Origin: Campylobacterota bacterium
Lineage (GTDB): Bacteria; Campylobacterota; Campylobacteria; Campylobacterales; Sulfurimonadaceae
Assembly (NCBI GenBank): GCA_034717975.1
Contig: JAYEMF010000027.1
Location: 1 to 55,017, forward strand
Length of the DNA: 55,017 bases
Direction of reading: 5' to 3'
This document shows, in pieces, positions 1 through 10,873 of the stretch. The position numbers were made by a program, and so were the translations under genes. Position 1 is the stretch's first letter. Every line of letters begins with the position of its first letter. The notes under the pieces were generated by a model that was not told the DNA's origin, ran no database searches, and saw only the letters and a program-made list of their open reading frames with translations.

Positions 1-89
1 TTACCTATGGGTAGTCCTTCAAGATTTTAAAACGAAATCTTGCACCTTCTTTGCCCTCTGATGATATCCAGGGTTTTTAGAGGTGCCCT
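1..89. mobile_element. Probable right end of a MITE/IS-derived element, truncated by the window start
   Basis: Non-coding; ends in GTTTTTAGAGGTGCCCT. The 14-mer TTTAGAGGTGCCCT (76-89) recurs exactly at 24889-24902. Internal short palindromes (TACCTATGGGTA; CAAGATTT..AAATCTTG). Confidence 0.5.
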
Positions 90-150
90 AAAAGGATTGT
101 GTTGGAGAAAAAAGAGGTTTATAGACACTCACAGTGGTGTATAAAATAGC

Positions 151-1593
151 TCACTGCATTCTCTCCACCCGTGCCTCATCCTGCTTGATGAACTCCAGCA
201 TTGCTTTGGCATTGGCCGAATAGTAGACCAGCTGCTCTTCGTCGATGTGGTTGCTGTTCTTATGCTGAAGCCGGAGATAGTCTTCACTCTCATAGAGGCC
301 AAACAGAACGCCGCTGTAGAAAAACATATGATGGTTTAGCATAGTAATGAGTTCATCTATCTCGTCAATACGATGGAGATTGATATCTGCATAGATCATA
401 TCGCAGTGCTCTTTGAGCAGATCATCGAAGATCTGTTTGAACTCTGTTTCACTGATCAGTTTTTCAAAGCGGATGATTCCGACATTGAGCGCACGATTGA
501 TACGGTAGGTGACGGCATCCCGTGTTTTATACTCCGGCGCTGATGGCAGTTTGGATACCTTGGCATCACTGTAGATCTTCGTGATCGCTTTGTCATAGAT
601 ACTGCATGGTGTCACGTAGCGCGGATGCTTGTCAAAAAGCAGGTAGGAGACAAGCACGCCGCTGCGATGGATATTTTTGACCTTGTGTTCGATCTCGACT
701 TCGGCAGGGACTTCACCCAGAACAATCGCACATTCGGTCATACCATGGGAGAGGTTGGCTTTCTGGCTGTAGGGATGGAGCATGATCGCTTCCCCGTAGA
801 TAGCCTGAAAATCCAACTGCTTCGCTTTTTCGATCAGATAGTCAAACATCTTGTTCATGATACCCATCTGCTTATATCGCGGGTCGACGGTAGCGACAGC
901 GATTTCGGCAATGTTTGAATAGTGGCCGTGAACCAGGGCAAAATGACCGACCACCTGATCATTATAGACAGCGACGATAGAGTGGACATCGCCGCTCTCA
1001 TTGGCTTTTCGCACCTCATGCGGTTCATAAAAGAGATTTTTATAGTAGGTGTAGTTGTAGTTTCGGTAGATCAGTTTGGCAATGCCGTCTCCATCACCTG
1101 TGACGAAGGAGCGTACCTGCAGTGCATTAAGCACTCTCTCTTTGACGATATCCTCTTCAATCACCTGACTTGTTTTCAGATCGAAACATTGATCGAAGGG
1201 CTGGATCAGGGTGAAACATTTACCCTCATTGGGCATCGGGGTGAAGTAGAAACGTTCAACAAGGTCATAGATTCGGTAGAAGCCTTTGCGGTGATCACTG
1301 CTGTGGTCGATCGCTTCACTGAGGTATCGGCTGAAGTCAAAGGGAATTCCCTGCTCTTCCACATCGATCTGAATCTGGCAGCTACTAACGGTAAACCGTA
1401 CTTTAAGATCGATCTCATAGGTGCGGTCATAGGCATGTTCAAGGACATTCTCGATGAGCTGTTCGAGCGCTTCGCCTACATTGTTTAGCTCATAAATGGG
1501 AAGTTTTGCTTTGAGATATTCATAGGTATTGTTGATGAGGGAAACATCATGGGTGTTGCTGATTGAGAGAGTGATCCTGTCATACATTTTCAA
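151..1593 (-). CDS. HATPase_c (RsbW/anti-sigma-like) domain fused to GNAT N-acetyltransferase
   Basis: N-box-like EQLIENVLEHAY and G1-like EQGIPFD; GNAT motif A-like ATVDPRYKQMGIMNKM. Confidence 0.75.
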   Translation of the reverse strand: MKMYDRITLSISNTHDVSLINNTYEYLKAKLPIYELNNVGEALEQLIENVLEHAYDRTYEIDLKVRFTVSSCQIQIDVEEQGIPFDFSRYLSEAIDHSSDHRKGFYRIYDLVERFYFTPMPNEGKCFTLIQPFDQCFDLKTSQVIEEDIVKERVLNALQVRSFVTGDGDGIAKLIYRNYNYTYYKNLFYEPHEVRKANESGDVHSIVAVYNDQVVGHFALVHGHYSNIAEIAVATVDPRYKQMGIMNKMFDYLIEKAKQLDFQAIYGEAIMLHPYSQKANLSHGMTECAIVLGEVPAEVEIEHKVKNIHRSGVLVSYLLFDKHPRYVTPCSIYDKAITKIYSDAKVSKLPSAPEYKTRDAVTYRINRALNVGIIRFEKLISETEFKQIFDDLLKEHCDMIYADINLHRIDEIDELITMLNHHMFFYSGVLFGLYESEDYLRLQHKNSNHIDEEQLVYYSANAKAMLEFIKQDEARVERMQ

Positions 1594-2770
1594 TCGCTTT
1601 CAGTGCTGTCGAGGCCATCACTTTCATCCCGACGATGAGGGCATCATCATCGACATCAAAACGGGCATTATGCTGGGAGACACAGGTGCCTTTGGCCTCG
1701 TTACAGGTCCCCAGGCGGAAAAAGGCACCTGGAACGATCTCAAGATAGCGTCCGAAATCCTCACCGCCCATCACCGGGTCAAAAAGGTCGATACAGTTCT
1801 CTTTTCCCAAAACAGCCTGCGCTTCACCTACAAGCAGATCAACCATCTCATGAACATTATTGACTTCCGGAGAGCCGAAGTCGTAGTTGAATTTAAAATC
1901 GGCATGCATGGAGCGGCAGATCCCTTCGATGGTGACCTCCATCATCTTTGGAATAGTGTGACGGACATCATGATTGACGGTACGGACAGTTCCGTTGAGC
2001 TTGACATGGTCACAGATGACATTGGCGGCTTTGCCGCCTTCGATGGTGCCAAGCGAGATAACGGCAGGGTGAAGCGGGTCGATCTGACGGGAGACAATGT
2101 GGTTGAGCGAATTGACAACCATAGAGGTGACCAAGATGGCGTCGACACCTTCATGGGGTCTGGCCCCATGGGAACTTTTGCCAAAGATCTCTATTTCGAA
2201 GGTGTCGGCAGAGGCCAGCATCACTCCGTGTTTGTATCCGATCTGTCCTGTATTGAGGTAAGGATAGGCATGAAGTCCGAAGATCGCTTTGACATTTTCA
2301 AGCGCATCCTGCTTGATCATATCTGAGGCACCGCCATCGGTGATCTCTTCGGCAGGCTGAAAGATAAAACGGATATTTCCGGGAAGATGCTCTTTGCCAT
2401 GGGCCATAGCGATAGCCGTACCAAGCAGTATCGCGGTATGTGAGTCATGCCCGCAGGCATGCATGATCCCTTTGACTTTTGAATGGTAGGCTGCACCGGT
2501 CATCTCTTCGATAGGCAGGGCATCCATATCGGCGCGAAGCGCGACAAAAGGTTCTCCCGGACGGGTGATCAGGTCGGCTATCAGCCCGTAATTGTCGTCA
2601 AATTCACGTATCTGCAAGCCTTCTGCTTCCAGGATACCTTTGACAAGATACTTGGTATGCTCTTCATGGGCAGAGAGCTCAGGATGCGCATGAAGATCCT
2701 GACGAATGGTGATAATACGCTCATTGATAGACTCGATGACATTAAACAGTTCAAGGGCTATTGGGGACAT
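1580..2770 (-). CDS. M20D family amidohydrolase (N-acyl-amino acid hydrolase-like)
   Basis: HAHPELS, ALRADMDALP, MHACGHD, FQPAEE, GGEDF motifs; SD AAGGAG. Confidence 0.92.
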   Translation of the reverse strand: MSPIALELFNVIESINERIITIRQDLHAHPELSAHEEHTKYLVKGILEAEGLQIREFDDNYGLIADLITRPGEPFVALRADMDALPIEEMTGAAYHSKVKGIMHACGHDSHTAILLGTAIAMAHGKEHLPGNIRFIFQPAEEITDGGASDMIKQDALENVKAIFGLHAYPYLNTGQIGYKHGVMLASADTFEIEIFGKSSHGARPHEGVDAILVTSMVVNSLNHIVSRQIDPLHPAVISLGTIEGGKAANVICDHVKLNGTVRTVNHDVRHTIPKMMEVTIEGICRSMHADFKFNYDFGSPEVNNVHEMVDLLVGEAQAVLGKENCIDLFDPVMGGEDFGRYLEIVPGAFFRLGTCNEAKGTCVSQHNARFDVDDDALIVGMKVMASTALKAIENV

Positions 2771-2937
2771 GACGACTCCTTTTAAGAGAGCTCTTCTTTT
2801 AATTGTACAATATAACAGTACTTAATGTTCTGAAAGGTTTAGGAGGGAAATGTTTTTGAGAAGGAGTATCTTTATGTAAAAAAGATGCACTGTTTTTAAG
2901 TCTGCTTCATAGGGAAATTTATGCTAAGATTCCAACC

Positions 2938-3342
2938 ATGAAAAAACTATTTTTATTTTTAATGCTGACATTCTCACTCTATGCCGGTGAAATAGAGTGG
3001 GTGGAGAGCTACCAGGCGGGAGTGGAACAAGCTAAAAAAGAGGGCAAAAATATCTATCTTCTTGTGACATCAGAATCATGTCGATGGTGCCATAAACTGG
3101 AAGCGACGACACTGTTGGATGATGAGGTGGTCAGACAGATTCATAAAGAGTTTGTGCCGGTCCATGTCACCCGTGATAAAGATGACTATCCCTCATATAT
3201 CAAAGCTAAAATGGTACCTATGAACGTCTTTTTAACCAGTGAAGGCCGGGTATTTCATACTATGCCGGGATACTGGAATGTCGAAGACTTTCTCTCTGTT
3301 TTAAAGGACACACGCTATAAATTAAAGAGGATTGACAGATAA
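2938..3342 (+). CDS. Exported thioredoxin-fold protein (SoxW-like)
   Basis: Signal peptide; CRWC motif; PGYW. Confidence 0.8.
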   Translation: MKKLFLFLMLTFSLYAGEIEWVESYQAGVEQAKKEGKNIYLLVTSESCRWCHKLEATTLLDDEVVRQIHKEFVPVHVTRDKDDYPSYIKAKMVPMNVFLTSEGRVFHTMPGYWNVEDFLSVLKDTRYKLKRIDR

Positions 3343-3716
3343 TGAACTACATCCAGACAGACAATGCACCGGCAGCCATAGGGCCCTATTCACAGGCAGT
3401 CACTGTAAACGGCATAGTCTATACATCGGGACAGATTGCTCTGACACCTGAAGGCGAGATGCTTGAGAATGATGTCGTGATTCAGACAAAACAGGTGCTT
3501 AAGAATCTTTCGGCTGTTCTTGAAGCAGCGGGAAGTTCACTTGGAAGTGTCATTAAAACAACAATTTTTCTGGACAGTATGGATGATTTTGTAACAGTCA
3601 ACGAAATCTACGCTGAAGCGTTTGGTGCTCATAAACCGGCTCGATCAACAGTAGCGGTCAAAACATTGCCCAAGAATGCCTTGGTTGAAATAGACGCGAT
3701 TGCAGTTGTAAATTAA
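3342..3716 (+). CDS. ridA: RidA/YjgF family enamine/imine deaminase
   Basis: APAAIGPYSQA, SGQI, PARSTV, LVEIDAIA. Confidence 0.93.
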   Translation: MNYIQTDNAPAAIGPYSQAVTVNGIVYTSGQIALTPEGEMLENDVVIQTKQVLKNLSAVLEAAGSSLGSVIKTTIFLDSMDDFVTVNEIYAEAFGAHKPARSTVAVKTLPKNALVEIDAIAVVN

Positions 3717-3728
3717 AATTAATCTGGG

Positions 3729-3734
3729 TATAAT
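3729..3734 (+). promoter_or_regulatory. sigma70 -10 element of rplU operon
   Basis: TATAAT about 225 nt upstream of rplU. Confidence 0.6.
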
Positions 3735-3748
3735 TCGCCAACTTTTAT

Positions 3749-3942
3749 TTAGGGCCTCTTTTAAAGAGTACCCTGACAAAGACTAAAAGAGTGCTTTTTA
3801 GCTCTTGGTGTCGGAGAAGACAACGATCTTCTCTTTACAGGCTGGACCTGATCATTGCAACTGTTTTTAATACCTTTTTAGGTCTATTAAGTCTTGTGAT
3901 GATGAGTAAGTGCTGATACTAAGCGTTTTTAGAGGGCTTTAA
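3749..3942 (+). ncRNA. Candidate structured 5' leader of rplU (or decayed MITE)
   Basis: Several hairpins and complementary ends; see findings. Confidence 0.35.
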
Positions 3943-3958
3943 ACCAAAAAGGAAATAT

Positions 3959-4267
3959 ATGTACGCAATTATTAAAAACGGTGGCAAGCAGTACAAGGTT
4001 CAAGAGGGTGACATTCTTCTTCTTGACAAAATGAGCCTTGATGCAAATGCTGCAGTTGAGATCAAAGAAGTTCTCGCTGTTAACGACGGTGAGCTTAAAG
4101 TTGGTGCACCATTCGTTGACGGTGCGGTTGTTACTGCTGAAGTGATCAATGAAGGTCGCGCTCAAAAAGTGGTTATCTACAAAAAACGTCGTCGTAAAGA
4201 CAGTAAAGTTAAACGCGGTTTCCGCCGTGATTTCACACGCGTTCGTATCACGAAAATCGCAGCGTAA
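3959..4267 (+). CDS. rplU: 50S ribosomal protein L21
   Basis: [25 protein letters not shown]. Confidence 0.98.
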   Translation: MYAIIKNGGKQYKVQEGDILLLDKMSLDANAAVEIKEVLAVNDGELKVGAPFVDGAVVTAEVINEGRAQKVVIYKKRRRKDSKVKRGFRRDFTRVRITKIAA

Positions 4268-4283
4268 TTAAGAGGAGCACAGA

Positions 4284-4541
4284 ATGGCACATAAGAAAGG
4301 TCAGGGTAGTACACAGAATAATCGCGACTCGGCGGGACGTAGACTTGGCGTTAAGAAATATGGTGGTGAAACTGTAAGAGCCGGTAACATTATCGTTCGT
4401 CAGCGTGGAACCAAGATCCACCCGGGTAATAATATCGGTATGGGCAAAGATCATACACTGTTCGCACTTGTAGACGGTGTTGTAGCATTCGAGCGTAAAG
4501 ATAAAACACGCAAGCAAGTAAGTATCATTCCGGCATCATAG
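4284..4541 (+). CDS. rpmA: 50S ribosomal protein L27
   Basis: [24 protein letters not shown]. Confidence 0.98.
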   Translation: MAHKKGQGSTQNNRDSAGRRLGVKKYGGETVRAGNIIVRQRGTKIHPGNNIGMGKDHTLFALVDGVVAFERKDKTRKQVSIIPAS

Positions 4542-4548
4542 ATGTCAT

Positions 4549-4628
4549 ACGTCAAAGGAAGTAATTCCTTTGACTACGCTAACGCTATGTTTTGCTCGGC
4601 GCAAGGCCCGCGTGCAGTAAACCGCACT
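4549..4628. repeat. Structured intergenic repeat, copy 1
   Basis: GTCAAAGGAA-GTAA-TTCCTTTGAC followed by TACGCTAACGCTA; homologous to 26994 and 31714. Confidence 0.7.
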
Positions 4629-4748
4629 TCAATATCCACTTTTGAGTTTTGCTGACTCTAACACAAAAAAATTTCAACATTCATCAAAGCGCTTCAACAT
4701 GTTTGCTAGTGTTGTTATGACTGTTTAACCTAGACAAGGATCCAAAAT

Positions 4749-5849
4749 ATGTTTACCGATCACGTAACACTGACACTCTCATCCGGAAAAGGCGGGGCAG
4801 GCTGTGTGGCTTTTCGCCGTGAAAAATTTGTGACCAACGGGGGTCCGAACGGTGGCGATGGCGGACGTGGCGGTGATGTCTGGTTTCGTGTAGACAACAA
4901 TACCCACACGCTGGCTCACTTTAAGGGATCAAAAAACCTAAAAGCAGAGAACGGCAAACCGGGAATGGGTTCGCGTATGACCGGCAAGTCGGCTGACAAA
5001 CTCTTTGTCATTGTGCCTCCGGGAACCCAGGTTATAGATGAAGAGACTGGTGAAGTCCTGTTCGACCTGCTTAAACATGGGGAAGAGGTCTGCTTCTTAA
5101 GAGGCGGTAAGGGTGGACTGGGAAATTTCCACTTCAAGTCATCCACCAATCAGCAGCCGCGTTATGCCCAGCCGGGTGAACCTGCACAGACACGTATGGT
5201 AAAACTTGATCTGAAACTGATTGCGGATGTCGGTCTGGTAGGTTTCCCGAATGTCGGAAAATCAACGCTGATCTCAACGGTCTCAAATGCCCGTCCCGAG
5301 ATTGCCAACTATGAGTTTACGACGCTGACACCGAAACTTGGCCAGGTACAAGTCGGTGATTATGACTCATTCGTCATGGCAGATATTCCTGGAATCATCG
5401 GCGGGGCACATGAAGGCAAAGGACTTGGTCTTCAGTTCCTGCAGCACATTGAACGTACAAAGATCCTGCTCTTTATGATCGATCTGGCCTCTTACCATGA
5501 GATCAAAGCGCAGTTTGACACGCTCAGTACAGAGCTGGAACAATTTTCTGAAATATTGAGCAAGAGCCACTATGCAATCGCTTTGACCCGCAGCGATGCG
5601 ATGTCAGAAGAAGAAGCGATTCAGAAGTCAAATGATTTCATTAACGATCTTGGCTTGACTCCGAGTAAGGCCAATACCTTTGGTTTTGAAAGAAACCTGC
5701 CTTATTATGTACAGGGTGACAGTGAAGGAACAGAAGAGATAGATATTACAAAGCCATTTTTTGTAGCACCGATATCATCAGTGATGCAGACCAATATTGA
5801 AGCCATTCGTTTTGCACTTTTTGATCTGGTGAAACTGGTACGCCGATGA
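4749..5849 (+). CDS. obgE: GTPase ObgE/CgtA
   Basis: Gly-rich Obg fold; [17 protein letters not shown]. Confidence 0.97.
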   Translation: MFTDHVTLTLSSGKGGAGCVAFRREKFVTNGGPNGGDGGRGGDVWFRVDNNTHTLAHFKGSKNLKAENGKPGMGSRMTGKSADKLFVIVPPGTQVIDEETGEVLFDLLKHGEEVCFLRGGKGGLGNFHFKSSTNQQPRYAQPGEPAQTRMVKLDLKLIADVGLVGFPNVGKSTLISTVSNARPEIANYEFTTLTPKLGQVQVGDYDSFVMADIPGIIGGAHEGKGLGLQFLQHIERTKILLFMIDLASYHEIKAQFDTLSTELEQFSEILSKSHYAIALTRSDAMSEEEAIQKSNDFINDLGLTPSKANTFGFERNLPYYVQGDSEGTEEIDITKPFFVAPISSVMQTNIEAIRFALFDLVKLVRR

Positions 5850-6610
5850 AGCGAATCGTTGTCAAGGTAGGAAGTGCGGTACTTACGGAACAAAACCGTA
5901 TTGCCCGGGAACGGATGCAAAACCTTATTGATCTGATCGCCGACCTGAAAAAACAGTATGAGGTGATCCTTGTCTCATCCGGTGCTGTAGCTGCCGGCTA
6001 CACGGAACTGAAACTCGATAAGAAAGATATTGCAAACAAGCAGGCACTCGCTTCTATCGGTCAGCCGATCTTGATGCATCGCTACCGTAAAAAGTTTGAA
6101 AAGTATGGGATCTTGCCATCACAGGTACTTGTTACGGCAGCCAACTTCAATACCAAAGAGCAGGATATTAGAGTTAAAAATACCATCGAAAAGCTGATCA
6201 GCAACGGTGTTCTTCCTATCATTAATGAAAATGATGCAACGGCTACAGATGAACTGGTCCTTGGAGATAATGACCAGCTATCTGCCTATGTTGCCCATCA
6301 CTGTGATGCTGATCTTTTGGTGATCCTCTCCGATATTGATGCCTATTATGACAGAGACCCACATACACATGATGATGCGAACATCCTCTCTGTCGTTGAG
6401 AAGATCGACCCGGCTGAACTGGAAAAAACGGTTACACCGAACAACAGTTTTGCGACAGGCGGTATTGTCACCAAACTGAAAGCAGCCGATTATCTGCTCA
6501 ACCATGGCCGATCGATGTTCCTGGCAAGCGGGTTTGATCTGTCTGATGCAAAATCTTTCCTGGTCGATCATAGACATAATGGCGGTACACTTTTCAAGGC
6601 TCGGCTGTGA
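5846..6610 (+). CDS. proB: Glutamate 5-kinase (no PUA domain)
   Basis: [39 protein letters not shown]. Confidence 0.95.
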   Translation: MKRIVVKVGSAVLTEQNRIARERMQNLIDLIADLKKQYEVILVSSGAVAAGYTELKLDKKDIANKQALASIGQPILMHRYRKKFEKYGILPSQVLVTAANFNTKEQDIRVKNTIEKLISNGVLPIINENDATATDELVLGDNDQLSAYVAHHCDADLLVILSDIDAYYDRDPHTHDDANILSVVEKIDPAELEKTVTPNNSFATGGIVTKLKAADYLLNHGRSMFLASGFDLSDAKSFLVDHRHNGGTLFKARL

Positions 6611-7515
6611 ATGTCATTTTCATGGGAACGCCCGATTATGCTGAAAAAATTCTAGAGCAGTTGATCAAAGCAAAAAATATTAATGTTGTCGCGACGTATA
6701 CACAGCCTGATAAACCGGTTGGACGTAAAAAAGTGATGACATCTCCCCCTGTCAAAATCATGGCAGAGGCTAATGCAATTCCTGTCTATCAGCCAGCCCG
6801 TCTGCGCGATGAGACGGTAGTGGCCCAACTGCAACAGATCGAATGTGACTATATTGTCGTAGCCGCCTATGGGCAGATATTGCCAAAAGCGATCCTCGAT
6901 CATGCACCTTGTATCAACCTGCATGCTTCCATCCTTCCTCAATACCGTGGGGCAAGTCCGATTCAGCAGAGTCTCTTAAATGGTGATGAGACGACCGGTG
7001 TGACAGCGATGCTGATGGATGAGGGGCTCGATACGGGTGCGATCCTTAAAACGGTCACAATCAACATCGGTGAAGACGAGATGGTTGAGTCACTGTTTGA
7101 TCGTTTAACAGCACTGGCGGCCGATATGACGCTCGATGTCTTAAACGAGTTTTCCACCTTGACACCGGAAGTACAGGATGAGAAGCTCTCATCTCACTGT
7201 ACAAAGATCTCCAAAGCTGATGGGCTGATCGCTTTTAAAGATGCTGAGATGGAGTACAATAAATATCGTGCCTTTACTCCGTGGCCGGGTATCTATCTGG
7301 AAAGTGGTCTGAAACTGAAAGCGATCAAACGTGAGGGCTACTGTAAAAAAAATCGTCCGGGGGAAATTCTGGAGATCGATAGTGATAGCGTTGTTGTCGG
7401 ATGTGAATTGGGAAAATTGCGCATCTATACCGTTCAGCCCCCATCGAAAAAAGCGATGTCGGTGATCGACTACCTCAATGGAAAAAGGCTTGGTCTTGCA
7501 GATACGCTCGCTTGA
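6607..7515 (+). CDS. fmt: Methionyl-tRNA formyltransferase
   Basis: [31 protein letters not shown]. Confidence 0.96.
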   Translation: MNVIFMGTPDYAEKILEQLIKAKNINVVATYTQPDKPVGRKKVMTSPPVKIMAEANAIPVYQPARLRDETVVAQLQQIECDYIVVAAYGQILPKAILDHAPCINLHASILPQYRGASPIQQSLLNGDETTGVTAMLMDEGLDTGAILKTVTINIGEDEMVESLFDRLTALAADMTLDVLNEFSTLTPEVQDEKLSSHCTKISKADGLIAFKDAEMEYNKYRAFTPWPGIYLESGLKLKAIKREGYCKKNRPGEILEIDSDSVVVGCELGKLRIYTVQPPSKKAMSVIDYLNGKRLGLADTLA

Positions 7516-8131
7516 GCGAATTGATTCGACACAGCGTTACCTGATCGATCAGCTTAAAAACGGAGAGTTAAAAGCTCCTTTTGCCGTGACAGCTGTTGAA
7601 CAGCATAGTGGCAGAGGCAGCCGTGAAAATGGCTGGACCGGTCTTAAGGGCAATCTGTTTCTCTCTTTTTCCTATCCCCGTGCACTCCTTCCGGATGACC
7701 TGAAACTTGAATCGGCTTCACTCTACTTTACCTATCTTTTGAAAGAGACACTGAGTGAAGCAGGCTCTAAGGTCTGGCTGAAATGGCCGAATGACCTCTA
7801 CATCGATGATAAAAAAATCGGCGGTGCCATTACGAATCTTGTTGCTGATGACCTGGTTTATGGTGTCGGGTTAAACCTAAAGGCCGCGCCAGAGGGATTT
7901 GGCACACTGGATATTGATATTGGGCAGGATCTATTGCTGAAACGTTATTTCGAAAAGTTGAAAAAATGCGATTCATGGAAGCTGGTTTTTAGAAAATACG
8001 CGCTAGAATTTGACAAGAACAGAACCTATTACACGCATTACTTCAAGCAAAGAGTAGCATTAGAAAAAGCTATTTTACTGAGTGATGGTTCAATTGAGTA
8101 TGAGGGTCAAAGGATGTTTAGTCTACGATGA
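7496..8131 (+). CDS. birA: Biotin-protein ligase (group I, no HTH); probable TTG start at 7496, ORF open from 7478
   Basis: [25 protein letters not shown]. Confidence 0.92.
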   Translation: MQIRSLERIDSTQRYLIDQLKNGELKAPFAVTAVEQHSGRGSRENGWTGLKGNLFLSFSYPRALLPDDLKLESASLYFTYLLKETLSEAGSKVWLKWPNDLYIDDKKIGGAITNLVADDLVYGVGLNLKAAPEGFGTLDIDIGQDLLLKRYFEKLKKCDSWKLVFRKYALEFDKNRTYYTHYFKQRVALEKAILLSDGSIEYEGQRMFSLR

Positions 8132-8910
8132 GTGAAGTTATAGTCATTGCCAATCAAAAAGGTGGCGTAGGAAAGACAACAACAGCAGTCAACTTGGCTG
8201 CATCTCTTGCTGTCGCCGAAAAAAAAGTGCTGCTGATCGATGCGGACCCGCAGGCAAACGCCACTACCTCACTTGGTTACCATCGTAATGACTATGAGTT
8301 CAATATCTATCATGTCCTGATCGGAACAAAAAAGCTAAAAGATGTCATCTTGAAGTCATCGCTGCCGACACTGAGCCTGGCTCCATCTAACATTGGTCTG
8401 GTGGGTGTAGAGAAAGAGTATTATGATGCGGGTAACTCCAAAGGGCGTGAGCTGATCCTTAAAAATGCGATCGCTCAGGTGAAGCGCGAGTATGATTACA
8501 TTATCATCGACTCTCCTCCGGCACTCGGACCGATGACCATCAATGCACTCTCAGCATCGAACTCTGTCATCATCCCGATCCAGTGCGAGTTTTTTGCACT
8601 GGAAGGCTTGGCTCAGCTGCTGAACACGGTTCGTCTTATCCGTAAGACGATCAATCCGAAACTCTCCATCAAAGGTTTTCTGCCAACGATGTACAGTTCG
8701 CAAAACAACCTCTCCAAACAGGTCTTTTCAGACTTGACGCAGCACTTTAAAGGGAAGCTCTTTAAGGGTATGGACGATGATTTTATCGTGATCCCGCGTA
8801 ACGTGAAACTAGCTGAAAGTCCGAGTTTTGGAAAACCAGCTATCCTTTATGATGTCAAATCAACCGGCTCGCAAGCCTATCAAAACCTGGCACATGCGAT
8901 CATCGCATAA
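8128..8910 (+). CDS. parA: Chromosome partitioning ATPase ParA/Soj
   Basis: [29 protein letters not shown]. Confidence 0.96.
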   Translation: MSEVIVIANQKGGVGKTTTAVNLAASLAVAEKKVLLIDADPQANATTSLGYHRNDYEFNIYHVLIGTKKLKDVILKSSLPTLSLAPSNIGLVGVEKEYYDAGNSKGRELILKNAIAQVKREYDYIIIDSPPALGPMTINALSASNSVIIPIQCEFFALEGLAQLLNTVRLIRKTINPKLSIKGFLPTMYSSQNNLSKQVFSDLTQHFKGKLFKGMDDDFIVIPRNVKLAESPSFGKPAILYDVKSTGSQAYQNLAHAIIA

Positions 8911-9761
8911 TGGCTAAATCGAAAGCACTTGGACGTGGTCTCGGCGCACTACTCGGTGAGATCGAAGAGGCGTATGACAATGAAGTGCCAAAGCAGTACA
9001 CTGTTTTAGAGATCCCGCTTTCACAGATCAAGCCAAATCCTTTCCAACCCCGTAAAAGTTTCGATGAAAAGTCGCTTCAGGAACTGAGCGAATCGATTAA
9101 AGAGCATGGACTGCTTCAGCCAATCGTTGTTGTTGAAGATATCGACGGTTATGTCCTGGTTGCGGGAGAGCGACGTCTGCGTGCAAGCAAACTTGCAAAA
9201 CTGAAGACGATCCGTGCCGTTGCCGCTTCCATTGATGAATCACAGATGCGTCAGCATGCGCTGATTGAGAATATCCAGCGTGATGAACTCAATATCATTG
9301 ATTTGGCCCATGCCTATGACGAACTCTTGAAAGTTCATGGTATCACCCATGATGAGCTCTCGGCCATGGTTCACAAGAGTCGCACACATATTACCAACAC
9401 TCTTCGTCTGCTTCAACTCTCTAAAAAGACACGTGCCGTACTGATCGATGGCAAGATAACAGCTGGCCACGCCAAAGTGCTGGTTGGTCTCAGCGATAAA
9501 GAGCAGCAGTTGATGGTCAATTCCATCATTGGGCAGAAGCTGAGTGTCCGCGAAGTAGAGATGATGGTTAAAAAGATGAAGGCGGCACCATCGGCCGATA
9601 ATGCTGTCCCACCTGCTGCTGCGACTACAGATTTTAATTTCAAACCTCTTCAAAAACATCTGAATGATGCAGGTTTCAACAGTACCGTTAAGTCCAATAA
9701 GGTAACCGTTGAGTTTAAAGATGAAGCTGATCTTGAAACTTTTTTGAACTATTTTAAATAG
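8910..9761 (+). CDS. parB: Chromosome partitioning protein ParB/Spo0J
   Basis: LGRGL, NPFQPRK, GERRLRA, ENIQR. Confidence 0.96.
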   Translation: MAKSKALGRGLGALLGEIEEAYDNEVPKQYTVLEIPLSQIKPNPFQPRKSFDEKSLQELSESIKEHGLLQPIVVVEDIDGYVLVAGERRLRASKLAKLKTIRAVAASIDESQMRQHALIENIQRDELNIIDLAHAYDELLKVHGITHDELSAMVHKSRTHITNTLRLLQLSKKTRAVLIDGKITAGHAKVLVGLSDKEQQLMVNSIIGQKLSVREVEMMVKKMKAAPSADNAVPPAAATTDFNFKPLQKHLNDAGFNSTVKSNKVTVEFKDEADLETFLNYFK

Positions 9762-9897
9762 AGCTGCATTAAATATAGACCCATCTAATCTGAAATTTGT
9801 GTTTCCATAAGTGCCTTTTTTGGACTCTAGGTTATAAATTAAACAATTATTTTTAATAATCTTCTCCTATTTAACTATCCCTTCAATTATTAATAGG

Positions 9898-9903
9898 TAT
9901 AAT
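9898..9903 (+). promoter_or_regulatory. sigma70 -10 element of atp operon
   Basis: TATAAT, then SD AGGAGG before atpF'. Confidence 0.6.
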
Positions 9904-9925
9904 CTCGCAACTTTTAGGAGGTGGT

Positions 9926-10348
9926 ATGTTAGATATTAGTCCAATACTGCTCGGCAGTACACTGATTGTCTTCCTTATCCTTATTGCCGTTCTGAACAGT
10001 TGGCTCTACAATCCTCTCTTCGCTTTTATGAACAAGCGTGATGCAGATATCAAAAAAGATCTTAACGAAGTTGGTTCCAATGACGACGAGATCGCTGCAT
10101 TAACAGCAGAAGCTGAGAAGATTGCTACTGATGCCAAACTGGGAGCTTCGGCCTTAAGAGAAAAAGTGATTGCTGATGCAAAAGAGATTGCAGACAGCAA
10201 AATTGAGGCAAAACGTGCCGATTTGGCAAACGAGTATCTTGAGTTTGAGAAAAATCTGGCTCAAGAGCGTGAACAGTTGAAAAATGCGTTACTTTCACAG
10301 GTACCGTTGTTTAAAGAAGCTGTTAAAGCTAAATTCAGTCAGATATAA
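9926..10348 (+). CDS. atpF': ATP synthase subunit b'
   Basis: N-terminal TM helix plus coiled coil; first gene of the atp operon. Confidence 0.9.
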   Translation: MLDISPILLGSTLIVFLILIAVLNSWLYNPLFAFMNKRDADIKKDLNEVGSNDDEIAALTAEAEKIATDAKLGASALREKVIADAKEIADSKIEAKRADLANEYLEFEKNLAQEREQLKNALLSQVPLFKEAVKAKFSQI

Positions 10349-10357
10349 AGGAAGCGC

Positions 10358-10873
10358 ATGGGTAAAATAGTTCTTACTTTATTGATGGTAACTGGTTATG
10401 CATTCGCATCAGGCGGTGAATCAGGCGGAGGGACTGATATCGTAGAGCGTACGATAAACTTTCTTATTTTCGCTGGTATTATTTACTACCTGTTGGCCGA
10501 TCCGATCAAAAACTTTTTTGTCGGTCGTTCACAGGGGATCGCAGGAGAACTTGAAAAAGTTCAAGAGCGCCTTCGTGAATCAAAGCGTGCTAAAGAGGCG
10601 GCGGAGCTGGAAATTGAAGAGGCAAAGAAGTTTGCTGAAGAGTTGAAAGAGACGTCCAAAAAAGAGAATAAGATCCTCAATGACAGGATCCTTGAACAGT
10701 GTGAAGCTGAACTGGAAAATATCCAGAAGCAAAGTGCTGCTCTTATGGACCTTGATCAGCGTCAAATGGTCCGTGATGTAGTCAATGACATCATGGAAGA
10801 TGTATTTGAACAAGAGAGTGCTGCCTTCGATAAAGAAGCGATGGCACAGATCATTATGAAGAAGGTGGCGTAA
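10358..10873 (+). CDS. atpF: ATP synthase subunit b
   Basis: TDIVERTINFLIFAGI; coiled coil. Confidence 0.92.
   Translation: MGKIVLTLLMVTGYAFASGGESGGGTDIVERTINFLIFAGIIYYLLADPIKNFFVGRSQGIAGELEKVQERLRESKRAKEAAELEIEEAKKFAEELKETSKKENKILNDRILEQCEAELENIQKQSAALMDLDQRQMVRDVVNDIMEDVFEQESAAFDKEAMAQIIMKKVA

Noticed and set aside
625..2785. Long + strand ORFs (922-1488, 1529-2326, etc.)
   Set aside because: Antisense shadows of well-supported minus-strand genes; no motifs or SD
3749..3942. 6S RNA assignment for the rplU leader
   Set aside because: Length and paired ends fit, but the interior looks multi-hairpin rather than a rod with central bubble, and there is no terminator; left unassigned
8128..9925. 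parS site or oriC near parAB or rpmH
   Set aside because: No GTTTCACGTGAAAC-like palindrome or DnaA-box cluster noticed by eye; dnaA is absent from the window
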